This document shows positions 1 through 10,149 of a DNA stretch of 64,000 nucleotides, in pieces. The notes below the pieces were generated by a model. The model saw only the letters and a program-made list of their open reading frames with translations. It made no database searches and was not told the origin of the DNA. The position numbers and the translations under genes are program-made. Every line of letters starts with the position of its first letter. Positions within the stretch are counted from its first letter, which is position 1. Location: assembly GCA_034120015.1 (NCBI GenBank), contig JAXEIF010000007.1, positions 78,988-142,987 of the forward strand, given 5' to 3'. Source of the DNA: Spirochaetia bacterium (lineage in GTDB: Bacteria > Spirochaetota > Spirochaetia > JAFGXN01).

Positions 1-310
1 TCTGGGTTTCCATGCCCCACTTAAAAATTTCTTCGTAAGAGACCGATTCCGCCGGAGAATCCGCCGTTTCGGCTGAGGTCGGCAAAGGTGGCGAAACCGG
101 ATTTTCTGAAGCCGCTTCCGCTTTTGTGTTATCACCGGCCGGCTGCGTTTGATCCGAAACGGAAGCATCCCGCTCCGACGCCGGTGAAAGTTCTGCAGGA
201 ACAGACGACTGCTGCGTCGGGAGTGTCGTTTCGTTATCGGCGGCGGTCAAAGAATGAAAACACAGCGCCGTCATCACTGCTCCGAAAAAAAAGACAGGTC
301 TCTTAATCAC
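1..310 (-). CDS. Secreted low-complexity protein, N-terminal part only (runs off the left edge)
   Basis: This minus-strand reading frame is open to position 1 and is absent from the ORF track because it has no stop in the window. A GTG at 310..308 gives (M)IKRPVFFFGAVMTALCFHSLTAADNE, which is signal-peptide-like, followed by a Pro/Ser/Glu/Ala-rich region. The GTG overlaps the murJ stop by 8 nt. An ATG at the MTALCF position is an alternative start. Confidence 0.4.
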   Translation of the reverse strand, partial: MIKRPVFFFGAVMTALCFHSLTAADNETTLPTQQSSVPAELSPASERDASVSDQTQPAGDNTKAEAASENPVSPPLPTSAETADSPAESVSYEEIFKWGMETQ

Positions 311-1862
311 GCGATTTTCTCCTTCTTTTCAGAATATCGGTCAGAATTTCGATCTTAAAGAGATAAAACGAGAAGAAAAGAATCAGAACCGCTCCGATGC
401 CGACAAGAGCTGCTGTTGCAAAATTCATCAGAGAAAAGCCTTCTTTCCAATACGACAGAAATCCGACAGCAACAAGATAGGCAGTAAAAGGGATCATCGC
501 CAGCGTTCCTTTCCCGGCTTCTTTCAGAAAGCCCATAAAACCGATATGGTGAAGTTCACGCTTAACCAGATAAAGCTGAATAAAAAAGGCAACGGCAAAG
601 GAAACCGAATTGGCCAGTGCCAGACCGGAAACCCGTAAAGCCGTTTCTTTCAGCCAAAGCGAACAGCCGATATCGATTAAAACAAGCACAATCGAGACCG
701 CAACCGGAACAAAAAATTTCTGCCGTGAATAAAAAAAGCGCTGCAAAAACGTAAATCCGGCGCTGAAAAAAAGCCCGAAACTGTAATAAGAAAGAACCCG
801 AGCCGTCAGGATCGAATCGGTCAGCGTAAATTTCCCGTGCTGCAATGTGACAGCCACCATCTGCGGTCCGAAAAGAATCAGGATGAGTGACGACGGAATC
901 AGAAGAATATAAAGGAAAGTCAATCCGTAATTGACACTCCGGCGCAATCCTTCCGTATCGTTTTCGACCGCTTCGCGGCTCATTTTGGGAAACAGAACCG
1001 TCGACAGCGATGCTCCGAAAATTCCCTGAGGCAGTTGCCAGAAAATAATCGAATTTTTGAGTGCCGATACCGATCCGTCATCCAGTCCCGATGCGAATTT
1101 ATTGGCGATCAGCTGATTGACAAAAAAAATACACGAAGCAAAGAGCACCGGAACCCAACGGCGCAGAATGGTTCGGAAATAAGGATCCCGAAAATGAAAA
1201 TCGGGAGTCATCCGATACCCTTTTTTGTAAAAAACCGGCAGCTGAATCAGAATTTGTGCCACACCGCCGGAAAGAACGCCGAGCGCCATCGAAAAGATAT
1301 CCCATTTTTTATGAAAAGCCAAAACCGAAATAATAACACAAACGGAAAAAACAATCGGAGCCAGTGCCGGTGTCAGAAAATGCCGGCGCGAATTGAGAGT
1401 CGCCATAATCACGGCGGAAATGCTGACAAAAAGAATATAGTGAATGAAAAACTGAAAGAGCGAAGCGGCCAGTTCGATCCGATCGGGATCTTCGTACTCG
1501 GAAAGAAAGAGAATCACTTCCCGTTTGAAAATAACAGCCAAAACGCACAGTGGAATCAGAATCAAAAACTGAAAAGTCAGCAAAGTCCTTACCAGCCGTT
1601 TGTCACTGCCGTTTTTGTCGGCAATCGACTGCGACAGTGTCGGGATAAAGGCCGAAGAGAGAGCGCCTTCCGCCATCAGTTTCCGCAAATTGTTGGGAAT
1701 ATCAAAAACAAAATTAAAGACATCGGCTTTTCCTGTGGCTCCGAAAAGATGACTGATCAGAGCCACTTTAACAAATCCGAGCATCCTCGAAAAGAGTGTC
1801 GCCACCATGACGACCAGAGCCGAAAGCGATGTGCTTCTCTGTTTATCCTGTTCCTTTGTCAT
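303..1862 (-). CDS. murJ: Lipid II flippase MurJ (MviN family)
   Basis: I trimmed ORF 303..2126 to the ATG at 1862. MTKEQDKQRSTSLSALVVMVATLFSRMLGFVKVALISHLFGATGKADVFNF is the canonical MurJ N-terminus, and this ATG overlaps the tgt stop (ATGA). The product is a polytopic membrane protein of about 520 aa. Confidence 0.9.
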   Translation of the reverse strand: MTKEQDKQRSTSLSALVVMVATLFSRMLGFVKVALISHLFGATGKADVFNFVFDIPNNLRKLMAEGALSSAFIPTLSQSIADKNGSDKRLVRTLLTFQFLILIPLCVLAVIFKREVILFLSEYEDPDRIELAASLFQFFIHYILFVSISAVIMATLNSRRHFLTPALAPIVFSVCVIISVLAFHKKWDIFSMALGVLSGGVAQILIQLPVFYKKGYRMTPDFHFRDPYFRTILRRWVPVLFASCIFFVNQLIANKFASGLDDGSVSALKNSIIFWQLPQGIFGASLSTVLFPKMSREAVENDTEGLRRSVNYGLTFLYILLIPSSLILILFGPQMVAVTLQHGKFTLTDSILTARVLSYYSFGLFFSAGFTFLQRFFYSRQKFFVPVAVSIVLVLIDIGCSLWLKETALRVSGLALANSVSFAVAFFIQLYLVKRELHHIGFMGFLKEAGKGTLAMIPFTAYLVAVGFLSYWKEGFSLMNFATAALVGIGAVLILFFSFYLFKIEILTDILKRRRKSRD

Positions 1863-2992
1863 CCGTTTCCTCCCGTAAAACGCTGCAGGTACCCGTTTTT
1901 GAACTCCGTAAAACGGTTTTCGCGAATCGAAAGACGAATACGATCCATTAAACGGTAAAAATAAGTCAGATTGTGTTCGGTAATCAGCATCGGAGCCAGG
2001 ATTTCTCCCGCTTTCACAAGGTGGCGCAGATAGCCGCGGCTGTAGGTGCGGCACGCCGTACACGGGCAGCCTTCCTGCAACGGCCGCCTGTCCGTCGCAT
2101 ACTTTTCTTTTTTCAATGCTATCCAACCGTCATCCGTCGCCGCCGTTCCGTTTCGGGCAACCCTCGTCGGCAAAACACAGTCGAACATATCGATTCCGTC
2201 GGCAACTGCCTCAAACAGATAATCGGGAGATCCGATGCCCATTACGTAGCGCGGTTTATCTTCCGGCAGGAATTCGGCCGTATAACTTAAAAAATCGGCA
2301 AATTCGTTTTTTTCCTCACCGACCGAAAGGCCGCCGATAGCGATTCCCGGAAAATCGATTTCGTTGATCTGCTCCGCGCACATCCGCCGCAGATTTTTGT
2401 AGAAATTGCCCTGAATGATGCCGAAGAGATGGCCGGCGTAGCCGGCTTCCCGTTTTTCGAGCCATTGTTTTTTGGCGCGGACAGCCCATTCCGCGGTGAT
2501 ATAAGCCGCTTCTTTGGCTTTCTTCTCTGAAATTCCTTTTTCACTGCACACATCCAGAACCATCTGAATATCGGAATTCAGGATGGTCTGAAAATCGACC
2601 ACCGACTCGGGCGTCAGATTATGATAACTGCCGTCAATATGACTTCGAAAACGGACTCCTTCGTGCCGGATTTTCCGAAAAGGCGCCAATGAAAAGACCT
2701 GAAAACCGCCGCTGTCGGTCAAAATATTGTGCTGCCAGCTGTCGAACTCATGCAGCGATCCGTAAGCCGCCATGACATCGGCACCCGGCCGCAAATATAA
2801 GTGATAAGTGTTGGAAAGCATCAGCCGGTATCCGATCGTTTCCAAATCACTGTGTTTTAAGGCCTTAATGGCACCGGCTGTGCCGACCGGCATAAAAACC
2901 GGTGTTTCGACAGATCCGTGCGGTAAGTGCAAAAGTCCCAAACGCGCACGGCTGTTCGGATCCCGATATGTACATTCAAATAAAAGCTTCAT
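1859..2992 (-). CDS. tgt: Queuine tRNA-ribosyltransferase
   Basis: Diagnostic motifs are ARLGLLHLPHGSVETPVFMPVGT, TDSGGFQVFSL and the CxCxxC zinc site (CPCTAC). I set the start at the MKLLFECTY ATG (2992), which overlaps the upstream stop (ATGA). The 20-codon extension in the ORF track lacks support. Confidence 0.95.
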   Translation of the reverse strand: MKLLFECTYRDPNSRARLGLLHLPHGSVETPVFMPVGTAGAIKALKHSDLETIGYRLMLSNTYHLYLRPGADVMAAYGSLHEFDSWQHNILTDSGGFQVFSLAPFRKIRHEGVRFRSHIDGSYHNLTPESVVDFQTILNSDIQMVLDVCSEKGISEKKAKEAAYITAEWAVRAKKQWLEKREAGYAGHLFGIIQGNFYKNLRRMCAEQINEIDFPGIAIGGLSVGEEKNEFADFLSYTAEFLPEDKPRYVMGIGSPDYLFEAVADGIDMFDCVLPTRVARNGTAATDDGWIALKKEKYATDRRPLQEGCPCTACRTYSRGYLRHLVKAGEILAPMLITEHNLTYFYRLMDRIRLSIRENRFTEFKNGYLQRFTGGNG

Positions 2993-4083
2993 GTTCTGGC
3001 TCTCCTGAATAAAATCCGTCCGATGATCAAAAAAGTAAAAAACGGAAGCCATGAGCCGACAAACGGAGGCAAAAGTCGTCCGCTGGCAAATAGTTCCGTA
3101 ATCATCTGATAAACATAATAAACAACGGCAATGATGATACTCATAAGCAGGCTGTAAAGCAAAATATTTTTGTTAAACCGACTGCCCAATGCACAGGAGA
3201 TCAGAGCAACAATGAATGTCGTAAAAGTAAACGAAAATCGTTTGTAAAATTCGATCAGTGCATCCCGGTATTTTTTGGCAACGTTGGCCTCTTTTAACTC
3301 CCCGAGCCAATCTATTGCTTCGAGTAGCCGTAATTCCGTAATATCTTTTGTCACTTCCCGGAAGAATTTCGGCGGTTTGTTGTATTTTTCCGATCCGAGA
3401 GTATCCCGATAGCTTTCCGTAATTTTTTTTGTCTCCGGATGGACATCAAATAAACGGACTTCTCTGAAATCCCAGAAATGACCGTTCCATTCTCCTTCGC
3501 GTGCGTCGATTCGGGACAGCAAATCTCCGTCGGAAGAAAGCTGAATTAATGTAACATCATTTAAGACCTGATTTGCATCACGATAGGAACCGGCATAATA
3601 AATAATATTTTTATCGATATCGAAAACGGCTGCCCTCTGTTTGTCTCCGTCGGATGAAGAAGTGTAATACATGACTTCGTTGTAAACATTATTTTTCATT
3701 CTCAGAGTATCGATAACAACAAGCTCCTCAAAAAGGAAATTAAAAATACTGCCGCAAAACCCGAAGAGCAAAAGAGGAAGCACAAATTTATGAAGCGGAA
3801 CCCCCGAAGAAAAAACCGCCACCAATTCGTTATTGGCATAAAAAGAACCCAAAGTATACGAAACCGCAAACAGAACCGCGATCGGCACCGAATAATGAAT
3901 GCATTTGGGAACATAAAGAACCGTTATATAAAAAATTTTGCCGAACGGAATGTCGCTGACAATATACGAATACAGATGGGAAAAAATATCGACAAAAACA
4001 ATGATAAATACAAACAGCAGCAACGCAACGGAAAAAACTTTGAGAAACTGCATAAACAGCATTTTATGTAATGTCCGCATCAT
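2989..4083 (-). CDS. LptF/LptG-family LPS export permease (YjgP/YjgQ)
   Basis: The 364-aa product has three N-terminal TM segments, a soluble beta-jellyroll-like middle and three C-terminal TM segments, which is typical YjgP/YjgQ topology. It is paired with a second family member immediately upstream. Confidence 0.8.
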   Translation of the reverse strand: MMRTLHKMLFMQFLKVFSVALLLFVFIIVFVDIFSHLYSYIVSDIPFGKIFYITVLYVPKCIHYSVPIAVLFAVSYTLGSFYANNELVAVFSSGVPLHKFVLPLLLFGFCGSIFNFLFEELVVIDTLRMKNNVYNEVMYYTSSSDGDKQRAAVFDIDKNIIYYAGSYRDANQVLNDVTLIQLSSDGDLLSRIDAREGEWNGHFWDFREVRLFDVHPETKKITESYRDTLGSEKYNKPPKFFREVTKDITELRLLEAIDWLGELKEANVAKKYRDALIEFYKRFSFTFTTFIVALISCALGSRFNKNILLYSLLMSIIIAVVYYVYQMITELFASGRLLPPFVGSWLPFFTFLIIGRILFRRART

Positions 4084-4084
4084 A

Positions 4085-5380
4085 TCACTGCCTCATCCTG
4101 ATAGAGTAAATAATAATTCCGGCTATCCCGACAATCACATTCGGAAACCACATAATCAGTACGGCAGGAAAATCGGAAGTATACCCGATAATTTTGGCCA
4201 TCATAATCAAAACCCAGTAGACAAAAGCAAAAATACTGCCCAACCCCAAACCGACAGCCTTATCGCTTCTTTTTGAAAAAAGTCCCAAAGGAAAAGCCAG
4301 AAGAATCAGGGCAATACACCCGGTCGGTAAAACAAACTTGTAATGATATTCGGTCTCCAGCCGGGAAAGACTCTTATTGCTGATTTTTCTGTTTTTCTGT
4401 ATGAGATAGTTCTCATAATCACCGGCCAGTGAATTGATGTCCGACTGCTTATATTGTCTCATATAAAGCGAGGATTCAAACATCTCATCATATCGGCATC
4501 TCAACTGGTATAAATCCGAGGCCACCCGCTCTTTCTGACGGATGCGGTTATTTTTCAGCCGGTCTTTTTCTTCCCGAATCATCTCACGTACCTGACTGCT
4601 CGTCATTGTCGACGGATCGGAAGAAGAAAAAACCGTGCTGGCATAATCTTTCAGCAGGATATTGTAATCGGCCTCCCGCGCCGTCGTATAGTTATACGAA
4701 TTGCGCCGGTTTTTGTCGACCGACAGCATGAAGGGGCTCCTCATATTCAGGTGCATAACCCCTTCCAGCTGTTCGTTTTGCCGGAATGTGACATCTTTGG
4801 AAACAATCACCCGCCGATTGGCATCTGGATCACGATCGACGATAATGAGATTTTTTATCAAATTTTCCTGAATATCGCCGGTAATGATAATTTTTCCCTG
4901 AATCGGGTCGGAAACGTCGTACGGTTCGAAAATGACCGAAGCGTTCGACAACGCAACCTGATTGAGAAGCGAATACCGTTTTTCCATGCCGAGCGGAAGA
5001 AAATAGTCGTTCATTACGAACGAAATCAAAGTCAGAATCACCGCTGCAAAGCTGAACGGGACAAAAATGTTACTGTAACGGATTCCGCTGGCCCGCATGG
5101 CCAGCATTTCGTTGTCGGAATGGAAGCGACCGACAGCCATCAGACAGCTGACCATTGTGGACAAAGGAAACGTATAGGAAAGAACATAAGGAAGCGAATA
5201 AAGTAAAAAGGTAAAGACAGTCGAAACAGGGACGTCCTTTTTCTGCATTCTTAACGCAATGACAAGAAGCTCGTTGACCAAAAACAGCGCGAAAAAAATA
5301 AAGAAGGCTACCATAAAGGAAAGAACAAATTCCCGAAACAGGTAGCCGTAAATCGTCCAGTACCGTCTTTGTCTTTTCAC
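4085..5380 (-). CDS. LptF/LptG-family LPS export permease (YjgP/YjgQ)
   Basis: The 431-aa product has the same TM3-periplasmic-TM3 layout as its neighbour, and the N-terminus YLFREFVLSFMVAFFIFFALFLVNE is typical of the family. I cannot tell F from G by eye. Confidence 0.8.
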   Translation of the reverse strand: MKRQRRYWTIYGYLFREFVLSFMVAFFIFFALFLVNELLVIALRMQKKDVPVSTVFTFLLYSLPYVLSYTFPLSTMVSCLMAVGRFHSDNEMLAMRASGIRYSNIFVPFSFAAVILTLISFVMNDYFLPLGMEKRYSLLNQVALSNASVIFEPYDVSDPIQGKIIITGDIQENLIKNLIIVDRDPDANRRVIVSKDVTFRQNEQLEGVMHLNMRSPFMLSVDKNRRNSYNYTTAREADYNILLKDYASTVFSSSDPSTMTSSQVREMIREEKDRLKNNRIRQKERVASDLYQLRCRYDEMFESSLYMRQYKQSDINSLAGDYENYLIQKNRKISNKSLSRLETEYHYKFVLPTGCIALILLAFPLGLFSKRSDKAVGLGLGSIFAFVYWVLIMMAKIIGYTSDFPAVLIMWFPNVIVGIAGIIIYSIRMRQ

Positions 5381-5383
5381 CGG

Positions 5384-5821
5384 CTAAACTCCCGTCGAAC
5401 CGAAGCCGCCCTCACCGCGCCCGGTAGCCTCCAAACGGTCGACGGCAATCCATTCCGCCTGCACGACCGGAGCGATCACAAGCTGCGCGATCCGGTCGCC
5501 GGGGAAAACCGTTACCGGGTCTTTCCCCAGATTAACGGCGATAACCTTGATTTCACCGCGGTAATCGGCATCAATGGTTCCGGGGGTGTTGACCAGCGAT
5601 AAACCGTGACGAATGGCCAGTCCCGACCGGGGACGCACCTGCGCTTCAAACCCTTCCGGGATTTGAAGATACAATCCGGTCGGTATCAGACACCGTTCCA
5701 GACTCTGCAGCCGAACCGGTTCGTCGATGTCCGCAAACAGATCCGCCCCCGAAGCCAGGGACGAACCGTAAACCGGTTTGCGGTTTTCTTTAAAAACTGC
5801 CTTGATTGGAACCTTTTTCAT
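5384..5821 (-). CDS. dut: dUTP diphosphatase
   Basis: All dUTPase motifs are present: SGADLFA, RSGLAIRHGL, NTPGTIDADYRGEI, GDRIAQLV and RGEGGFGSTG. The start overlaps the pnp stop (ATGA). Confidence 0.95.
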   Translation of the reverse strand: MKKVPIKAVFKENRKPVYGSSLASGADLFADIDEPVRLQSLERCLIPTGLYLQIPEGFEAQVRPRSGLAIRHGLSLVNTPGTIDADYRGEIKVIAVNLGKDPVTVFPGDRIAQLVIAPVVQAEWIAVDRLEATGRGEGGFGSTGV

Positions 5822-7911
5822 TCCGATTTCTGATCCCGAACGGCATCGATATAAGACAGATTAATCCGTCCCAGTTTATCGACTTCCAGAACTTTGACGG
5901 GAATGACCTGTCCTTCTTTCAGAACATCGGTCACCTTCTCGACGCGATGATCGGCCAGCTTGGAAATATGAACCAGACCTTCTTTTCCCGGAACAAATTC
6001 GACAAAGGCGCCGAAATCCATGATTTTTTTAACGACACCCTGAAAGAGCGTTCCCGGCTTCGGATCGGTTGCGATAGCTTCGATCATTTTCATTGCCTTC
6101 TCGGCCGATTCCTGATCTTTGCCGTAAATCTGAACGGTTCCGTCCTCTTCGATCACGATTTGAGCTCCGGTTTTTTCCGTCAGAGCCTTCACCGTTTTTC
6201 CGCCACTGCCGATAACGGCACCGACTTTGTCCGGATTGATGCGAATCGAAACAATTTTCGGTGCAAAGCGGCTGACTTCGGCTCTCGGAGAGCTCAAAGT
6301 CTGATTCATAATACTGAGGATATGAAGACGTCCCTGTTTGGCCTGCTCCAGTGCGGTTTTCATCAGTTCGGGAGCCACCCGTTTGATTTTGATATCCATC
6401 TGGAATGCCGTGATTCCTTCGGCGGTACCGGTGACTTTAAAATCCATATCGCCCAGATGATCTTCGTCCCCCAAAATATCGCTCAAAACAATTGCTTTGT
6501 CTCCGTCGGAAATCAGCCCCATTGCAATACCGGCAACCGGTTTTTTAATAGGCACTCCGGCATCCAAAAGACTCAGTGTTCCGGAACAGACTGTCGCCAT
6601 CGACGAAGAACCGTTCGATTCCAGAATCTCGGAAACAACACGAATTGTGTAGGGAAACTCTTTCGAATCGGGGATCATCGATTCAAGTGCCCGAAGCGCC
6701 AGATGACCGTGTCCGATTTCGCGGCGACCGGTTGTCAGTCGACCCGTTTCGCCGACACTGTACGGAGGAAAATTATAGTGAAGCATAAAATGCTCGTACG
6801 ATTTGTCTCCGTCGATATCGTCGACCAGTTTTCCGTCATCCGTTGTTCCCAACGTGACGACACCCAAACTCTGTGTTTCACCGCGGGTGAAGAGCGCACT
6901 GCCGTGAGTCCGTTCCAGGACACCGACTTCGCAGGTAATCGGACGAATTTCATCTGCCTTCCGTCCGTCGATACGAATTCCGTTGTTCAGGACGGAAAGC
7001 CGGACCACTTCCCGTTCGATTTCGTCGCAAAGTGCATTCAGAAGATTGATTTCTTCCTGAGGAGTTTCTTCATTCGTAAATTGTGCAAAGATCGATTCGC
7101 GGACTTTGGCTTTTGCTTCATGACGTTCCAATTTATTTTTAACAAAGGAAGCTTTCGCATAAAGCGGCTCGGCAAAAGAACGGACGGCCGATTCGTTTTC
7201 GTAACGGAGATCGGTACCTGCCAACGGCAGTTTGGCTTTACCGACACGGGCGGCAAAATCGCGAATCTGGCGGCAGACATCGGCAATCACGACATGCGCT
7301 TTCTCGATTGCCGTCAGCATCACCTCTTCGCTCACTTCTTTCGCACCGCCTTCGACCATTGTAATTCCTTCTTCGGTTCCGGCAACAACAATATCCATCT
7401 GCCCGCTTTTAATTTCATCGAAAGTCGGGTTGATGATGTATTCGCCGTTCACATAAGCCACGCGGACACCGGCAATCGGTCCGTCAAAAGGAATATCGGA
7501 AATCGTCACCGCTGCCGATGCGGCAATCATCGCCACCATGTCCGGCGGATTAATCTGGTCCGTCGAAACAACGGTCGGTACAACCTGAATCTCGCGGCCG
7601 AATTTCTTGGAAAAAAGCGGGCGCATCGGACGGTCAATCAGACGGGAAACCAGAATTTCCTTATCTTTCGGACGTCCCTCTCTTTTGAGAAAGCCGCCGG
7701 GAATTTTTCCCGCCGCATAATAGCGTTCGTTATACTCCACCTGAAGCGGCACAAAGTCCAGCCCCGGTGTCGGCTGTGAACTGCAGCAGACAGTCGCCAA
7801 AACGGCACTGCCGCCGTATGTCACAAAAGCGGATCCGTTTGCCTGTTTGGCCATACGGCCTGTTTCCAGAACCAGATCCTGCTTCCCGATTTTGATCGTT
7901 AATCTTTCCAT
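5818..7911 (-). CDS. pnp: Polyribonucleotide nucleotidyltransferase (PNPase)
   Basis: The 697-aa product has two RNase PH domains followed by KH (GKVGAVIGSGGKTVKAL) and S1 (GVVKKIMDFGAFVEF) domains. It sits downstream of rpsO as in most bacteria. Confidence 0.97.
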   Translation of the reverse strand: MERLTIKIGKQDLVLETGRMAKQANGSAFVTYGGSAVLATVCCSSQPTPGLDFVPLQVEYNERYYAAGKIPGGFLKREGRPKDKEILVSRLIDRPMRPLFSKKFGREIQVVPTVVSTDQINPPDMVAMIAASAAVTISDIPFDGPIAGVRVAYVNGEYIINPTFDEIKSGQMDIVVAGTEEGITMVEGGAKEVSEEVMLTAIEKAHVVIADVCRQIRDFAARVGKAKLPLAGTDLRYENESAVRSFAEPLYAKASFVKNKLERHEAKAKVRESIFAQFTNEETPQEEINLLNALCDEIEREVVRLSVLNNGIRIDGRKADEIRPITCEVGVLERTHGSALFTRGETQSLGVVTLGTTDDGKLVDDIDGDKSYEHFMLHYNFPPYSVGETGRLTTGRREIGHGHLALRALESMIPDSKEFPYTIRVVSEILESNGSSSMATVCSGTLSLLDAGVPIKKPVAGIAMGLISDGDKAIVLSDILGDEDHLGDMDFKVTGTAEGITAFQMDIKIKRVAPELMKTALEQAKQGRLHILSIMNQTLSSPRAEVSRFAPKIVSIRINPDKVGAVIGSGGKTVKALTEKTGAQIVIEEDGTVQIYGKDQESAEKAMKMIEAIATDPKPGTLFQGVVKKIMDFGAFVEFVPGKEGLVHISKLADHRVEKVTDVLKEGQVIPVKVLEVDKLGRINLSYIDAVRDQKSE

Positions 7912-7929
7912 AAAAATACCTTCTTTAGA

Positions 7930-8199
7930 TTATTTTCTTAATTCGAGTTTCGCAATCAGTTCACGGTAACCGTTCAGATTGATTCTTTTGTAGTAGCGCA
8001 GCAGACGGCGGCGTTTTCCGACCAACTGCAACAGTCCGCGGCGGGAATTGTGATCTTTCGGATTGAGCTTGAAGTGCTCGGTCAGATCTCTGATGCGCTC
8101 GGTCATCAGAGCAATCTGAACTTCCGTGGATCCGGTGTTTTTCGTGTCACCACCGAATTTTGCGATAATGTCCTGTTTCTGATCTTTTGTCAATGCCAT
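7930..8199 (-). CDS. rpsO: 30S ribosomal protein S15
   Basis: The 89-aa product contains [49 protein letters not shown], a canonical S15 sequence. Confidence 0.97.
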   Translation of the reverse strand: MALTKDQKQDIIAKFGGDTKNTGSTEVQIALMTERIRDLTEHFKLNPKDHNSRRGLLQLVGKRRRLLRYYKRINLNGYRELIAKLELRK

Positions 8200-8202
8200 G
8201 TT

Positions 8203-8940
8203 TTACTCCTTATATTTCGACAAAATAATTATTTCGATTGGCTTTTTCACCAATATCTCCCGATTCAATCGGATAAAGGCTCCTTTCACCTTTACCGTCG
8301 CTTTTTCGCCGTCAATCAGCGCATTGTAAACGCCGTCGGCCAAAACCGTCAGCCCGCACCGACGCCGAATTCCCCGTTTTTTGCCCGTTAACCGCATCGG
8401 CAGCCGGTAAGGCCGAACCAAAACCTCCGCGGCTGCTTCCGGCTTGCCGGATTCCAAAAAACGGCGTATATCGCTCGCCGAAACTTTATGTTCCGCTCCA
8501 CCGGTCAGCATCACCGCCTGCACCGCTGTTTGGGGCAACATTCGCTCCAAATCGACCACCGAAGCCGACCGGCCACTTCCGCAACGGAAATCGGCACCGA
8601 CCGTCAGCCGTTCAATCCGGTAAGCGTCCGCCAGCTTCCGGAAAAACCGGTCGGCCGAAAGAGCGGCAAACCGTGTATTAAAATCGATCACGACCGCTTC
8701 GTCGAATCCGGCTGCTTCCAAATCGGCCAGCCGCATCCGAAACGGATAAACCGGTTTGCCTTTTCCCGGCGGCATTACCCGGAAGGTGACGGCGACCCGA
8801 ACGGCATCCCCCGACTCGGCAAAGGCAGCGGCCGCAAGCGTCTGATGTCCGCGGTGAAACGCATCAAAAACTCCGATAACCACGGTTGCCGGCACCGGAC
8901 TCGATACCGGCTTCAGCCGATTCCACTTTGTAATCTTCAT
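8203..8940 (-). CDS. ribF: FAD synthetase (FMN adenylyltransferase) with a shortened, degenerate riboflavin-kinase-like tail
   Basis: The N-terminal nucleotidyltransferase motif VVIGVFDAFHRGHQTL is present. At 245 aa it is shorter than typical bifunctional RibF proteins. It follows truB as in many bacteria. Confidence 0.75.
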   Translation of the reverse strand: MKITKWNRLKPVSSPVPATVVIGVFDAFHRGHQTLAAAAFAESGDAVRVAVTFRVMPPGKGKPVYPFRMRLADLEAAGFDEAVVIDFNTRFAALSADRFFRKLADAYRIERLTVGADFRCGSGRSASVVDLERMLPQTAVQAVMLTGGAEHKVSASDIRRFLESGKPEAAAEVLVRPYRLPMRLTGKKRGIRRRCGLTVLADGVYNALIDGEKATVKVKGAFIRLNREILVKKPIEIIILSKYKE

Positions 8941-9806
8941 TCTTCCGCCAGCACAAACCGGTACCGAAGAACGCCCGTTACGGTTTTCTCAACCATCCCG
9001 GCAAAACGATCCCGATAAAACACAGCCCAAATGCCGGATTCGAAATCATCTGCGAACCATTTTGGGGTAATCGGTTTCCCGTTAAAAAAATCGGCCGCAA
9101 ATTCTTCTTTTAACCGGCAAACCGGAAATCCCGCTCCGGAGATCAACGCCGAATCAGACAAACCCTCCCGACCCTCTTCACTCAATTCATCGACTGTCAC
9201 CGCATCGGAAAGCGAAAAACCGCCGACCGACAGCCGTTCCAGCTTTGTCACGTATGCGCGACTGCCGCAGGCGCGGCCCAAATCACGGGCCAGAGATCGG
9301 ATATAGGTTCCTTTCGAACAGTGTATTTCAACTTCCAAAAACGGAGAGCGGTAATCTATAATCTTCCAATCAAAGACTTCGATTTCACGCGAAGGCATTT
9401 CGATTTCGCACCCTTTCAGGGCCAGATGATACGCCCGCTGTCCGTCAATGTGAACGGCGGAATAGTGAGGAGGCTTCTGTGAAATTTTACCGCAAAAAGA
9501 AGGAAGAACGGACTCAATTTCGGAAAGAGAGGGAATCCCGGATTCGGCAATAACACGACCTTCCGGATCCAAAGTATCTGTTTCTTTTCCGAACTCAAAA
9601 ACAGCCCGATAAACTTTGTCAAAATCCGTAAAATATTCAACAAGCCTCGTATACCGACCTGTTAAAATCAAAAGCAACCCGGAAGCAAACTGATCCAGCG
9701 TTCCGGCGTGCCCGGCTTTTTTTATATTCAGTTTTCTACGAACACGAGCCACCGTCTGAAAAGAAGTGACTCCACTCTTTTTATTTATCAGAAACAGGCG
9801 ATTCAA
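8937..9806 (-). CDS. truB: tRNA pseudouridine-55 synthase
   Basis: The N-terminus reads INKKSGVTSFQTVARVRRKLNIKKAGHAGTLDQFASGLLLILTG and includes the catalytic Asp motif (GTLD). Confidence 0.93.
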   Translation of the reverse strand: MNRLFLINKKSGVTSFQTVARVRRKLNIKKAGHAGTLDQFASGLLLILTGRYTRLVEYFTDFDKVYRAVFEFGKETDTLDPEGRVIAESGIPSLSEIESVLPSFCGKISQKPPHYSAVHIDGQRAYHLALKGCEIEMPSREIEVFDWKIIDYRSPFLEVEIHCSKGTYIRSLARDLGRACGSRAYVTKLERLSVGGFSLSDAVTVDELSEEGREGLSDSALISGAGFPVCRLKEEFAADFFNGKPITPKWFADDFESGIWAVFYRDRFAGMVEKTVTGVLRYRFVLAEE

Positions 9807-10149
9807 TCAATAGTTCCTCGATTTTTTTATTGATAAGATAACCCTCTTCCAGCGAAGAATCCGCTACGAAAGTCAGCACGGGAGTATTGCGTAACCGCAT
9901 TTTCTGAGCCAATTCTCTTTGAATAATTCCCTTTGCCGAATTCAGTCCGGCAACGCTCTTTTTTGCTTTTTGCTGTCCATCAAAACAGCTGATACCGATT
10001 TTCGCATACGCAAAATCGGAAGAGACTTTTACATAAGTGACGGTCGCAAACGGGGAAATCCTGTGATCCTTCAGTTTGCCGGAAACCAGAAGCGATCCGA
10101 CAATTTCCGTGATCAGAGATTCCACCCGTTCGGGTCTGCGTCCGCTCAT
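9781..10149 (-). CDS. rbfA: Ribosome-binding factor A
   Basis: The 122-aa product has a KH-like RbfA pattern (RVESLITEIVGSLL, DHRISPFATVTYVKVSSDFAYAKI) and lies between infB and truB. Confidence 0.9.
   Translation of the reverse strand: MSGRRPERVESLITEIVGSLLVSGKLKDHRISPFATVTYVKVSSDFAYAKIGISCFDGQQKAKKSVAGLNSAKGIIQRELAQKMRLRNTPVLTFVADSSLEEGYLINKKIEELLIESPVSDK

Noticed and set aside
1863-2126. N-terminal extensions of the ORF-track models for murJ (88 codons), tgt (2993..3052), glyA (16312..16371) and lipoprotein F (46966..46980)
   Set aside because: The extensions run into the upstream gene, into a terminator hairpin or into the gene's own RBS. Internal ATGs give canonical N-termini and typical ATGA coupling.
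5806-7779. 657-aa plus-strand ORF
   Set aside because: It is fully antisense to the unmistakable pnp gene. The product is low-complexity (rich in R, F, N and C) with no recognisable motif and no RBS, so it is a shadow ORF.
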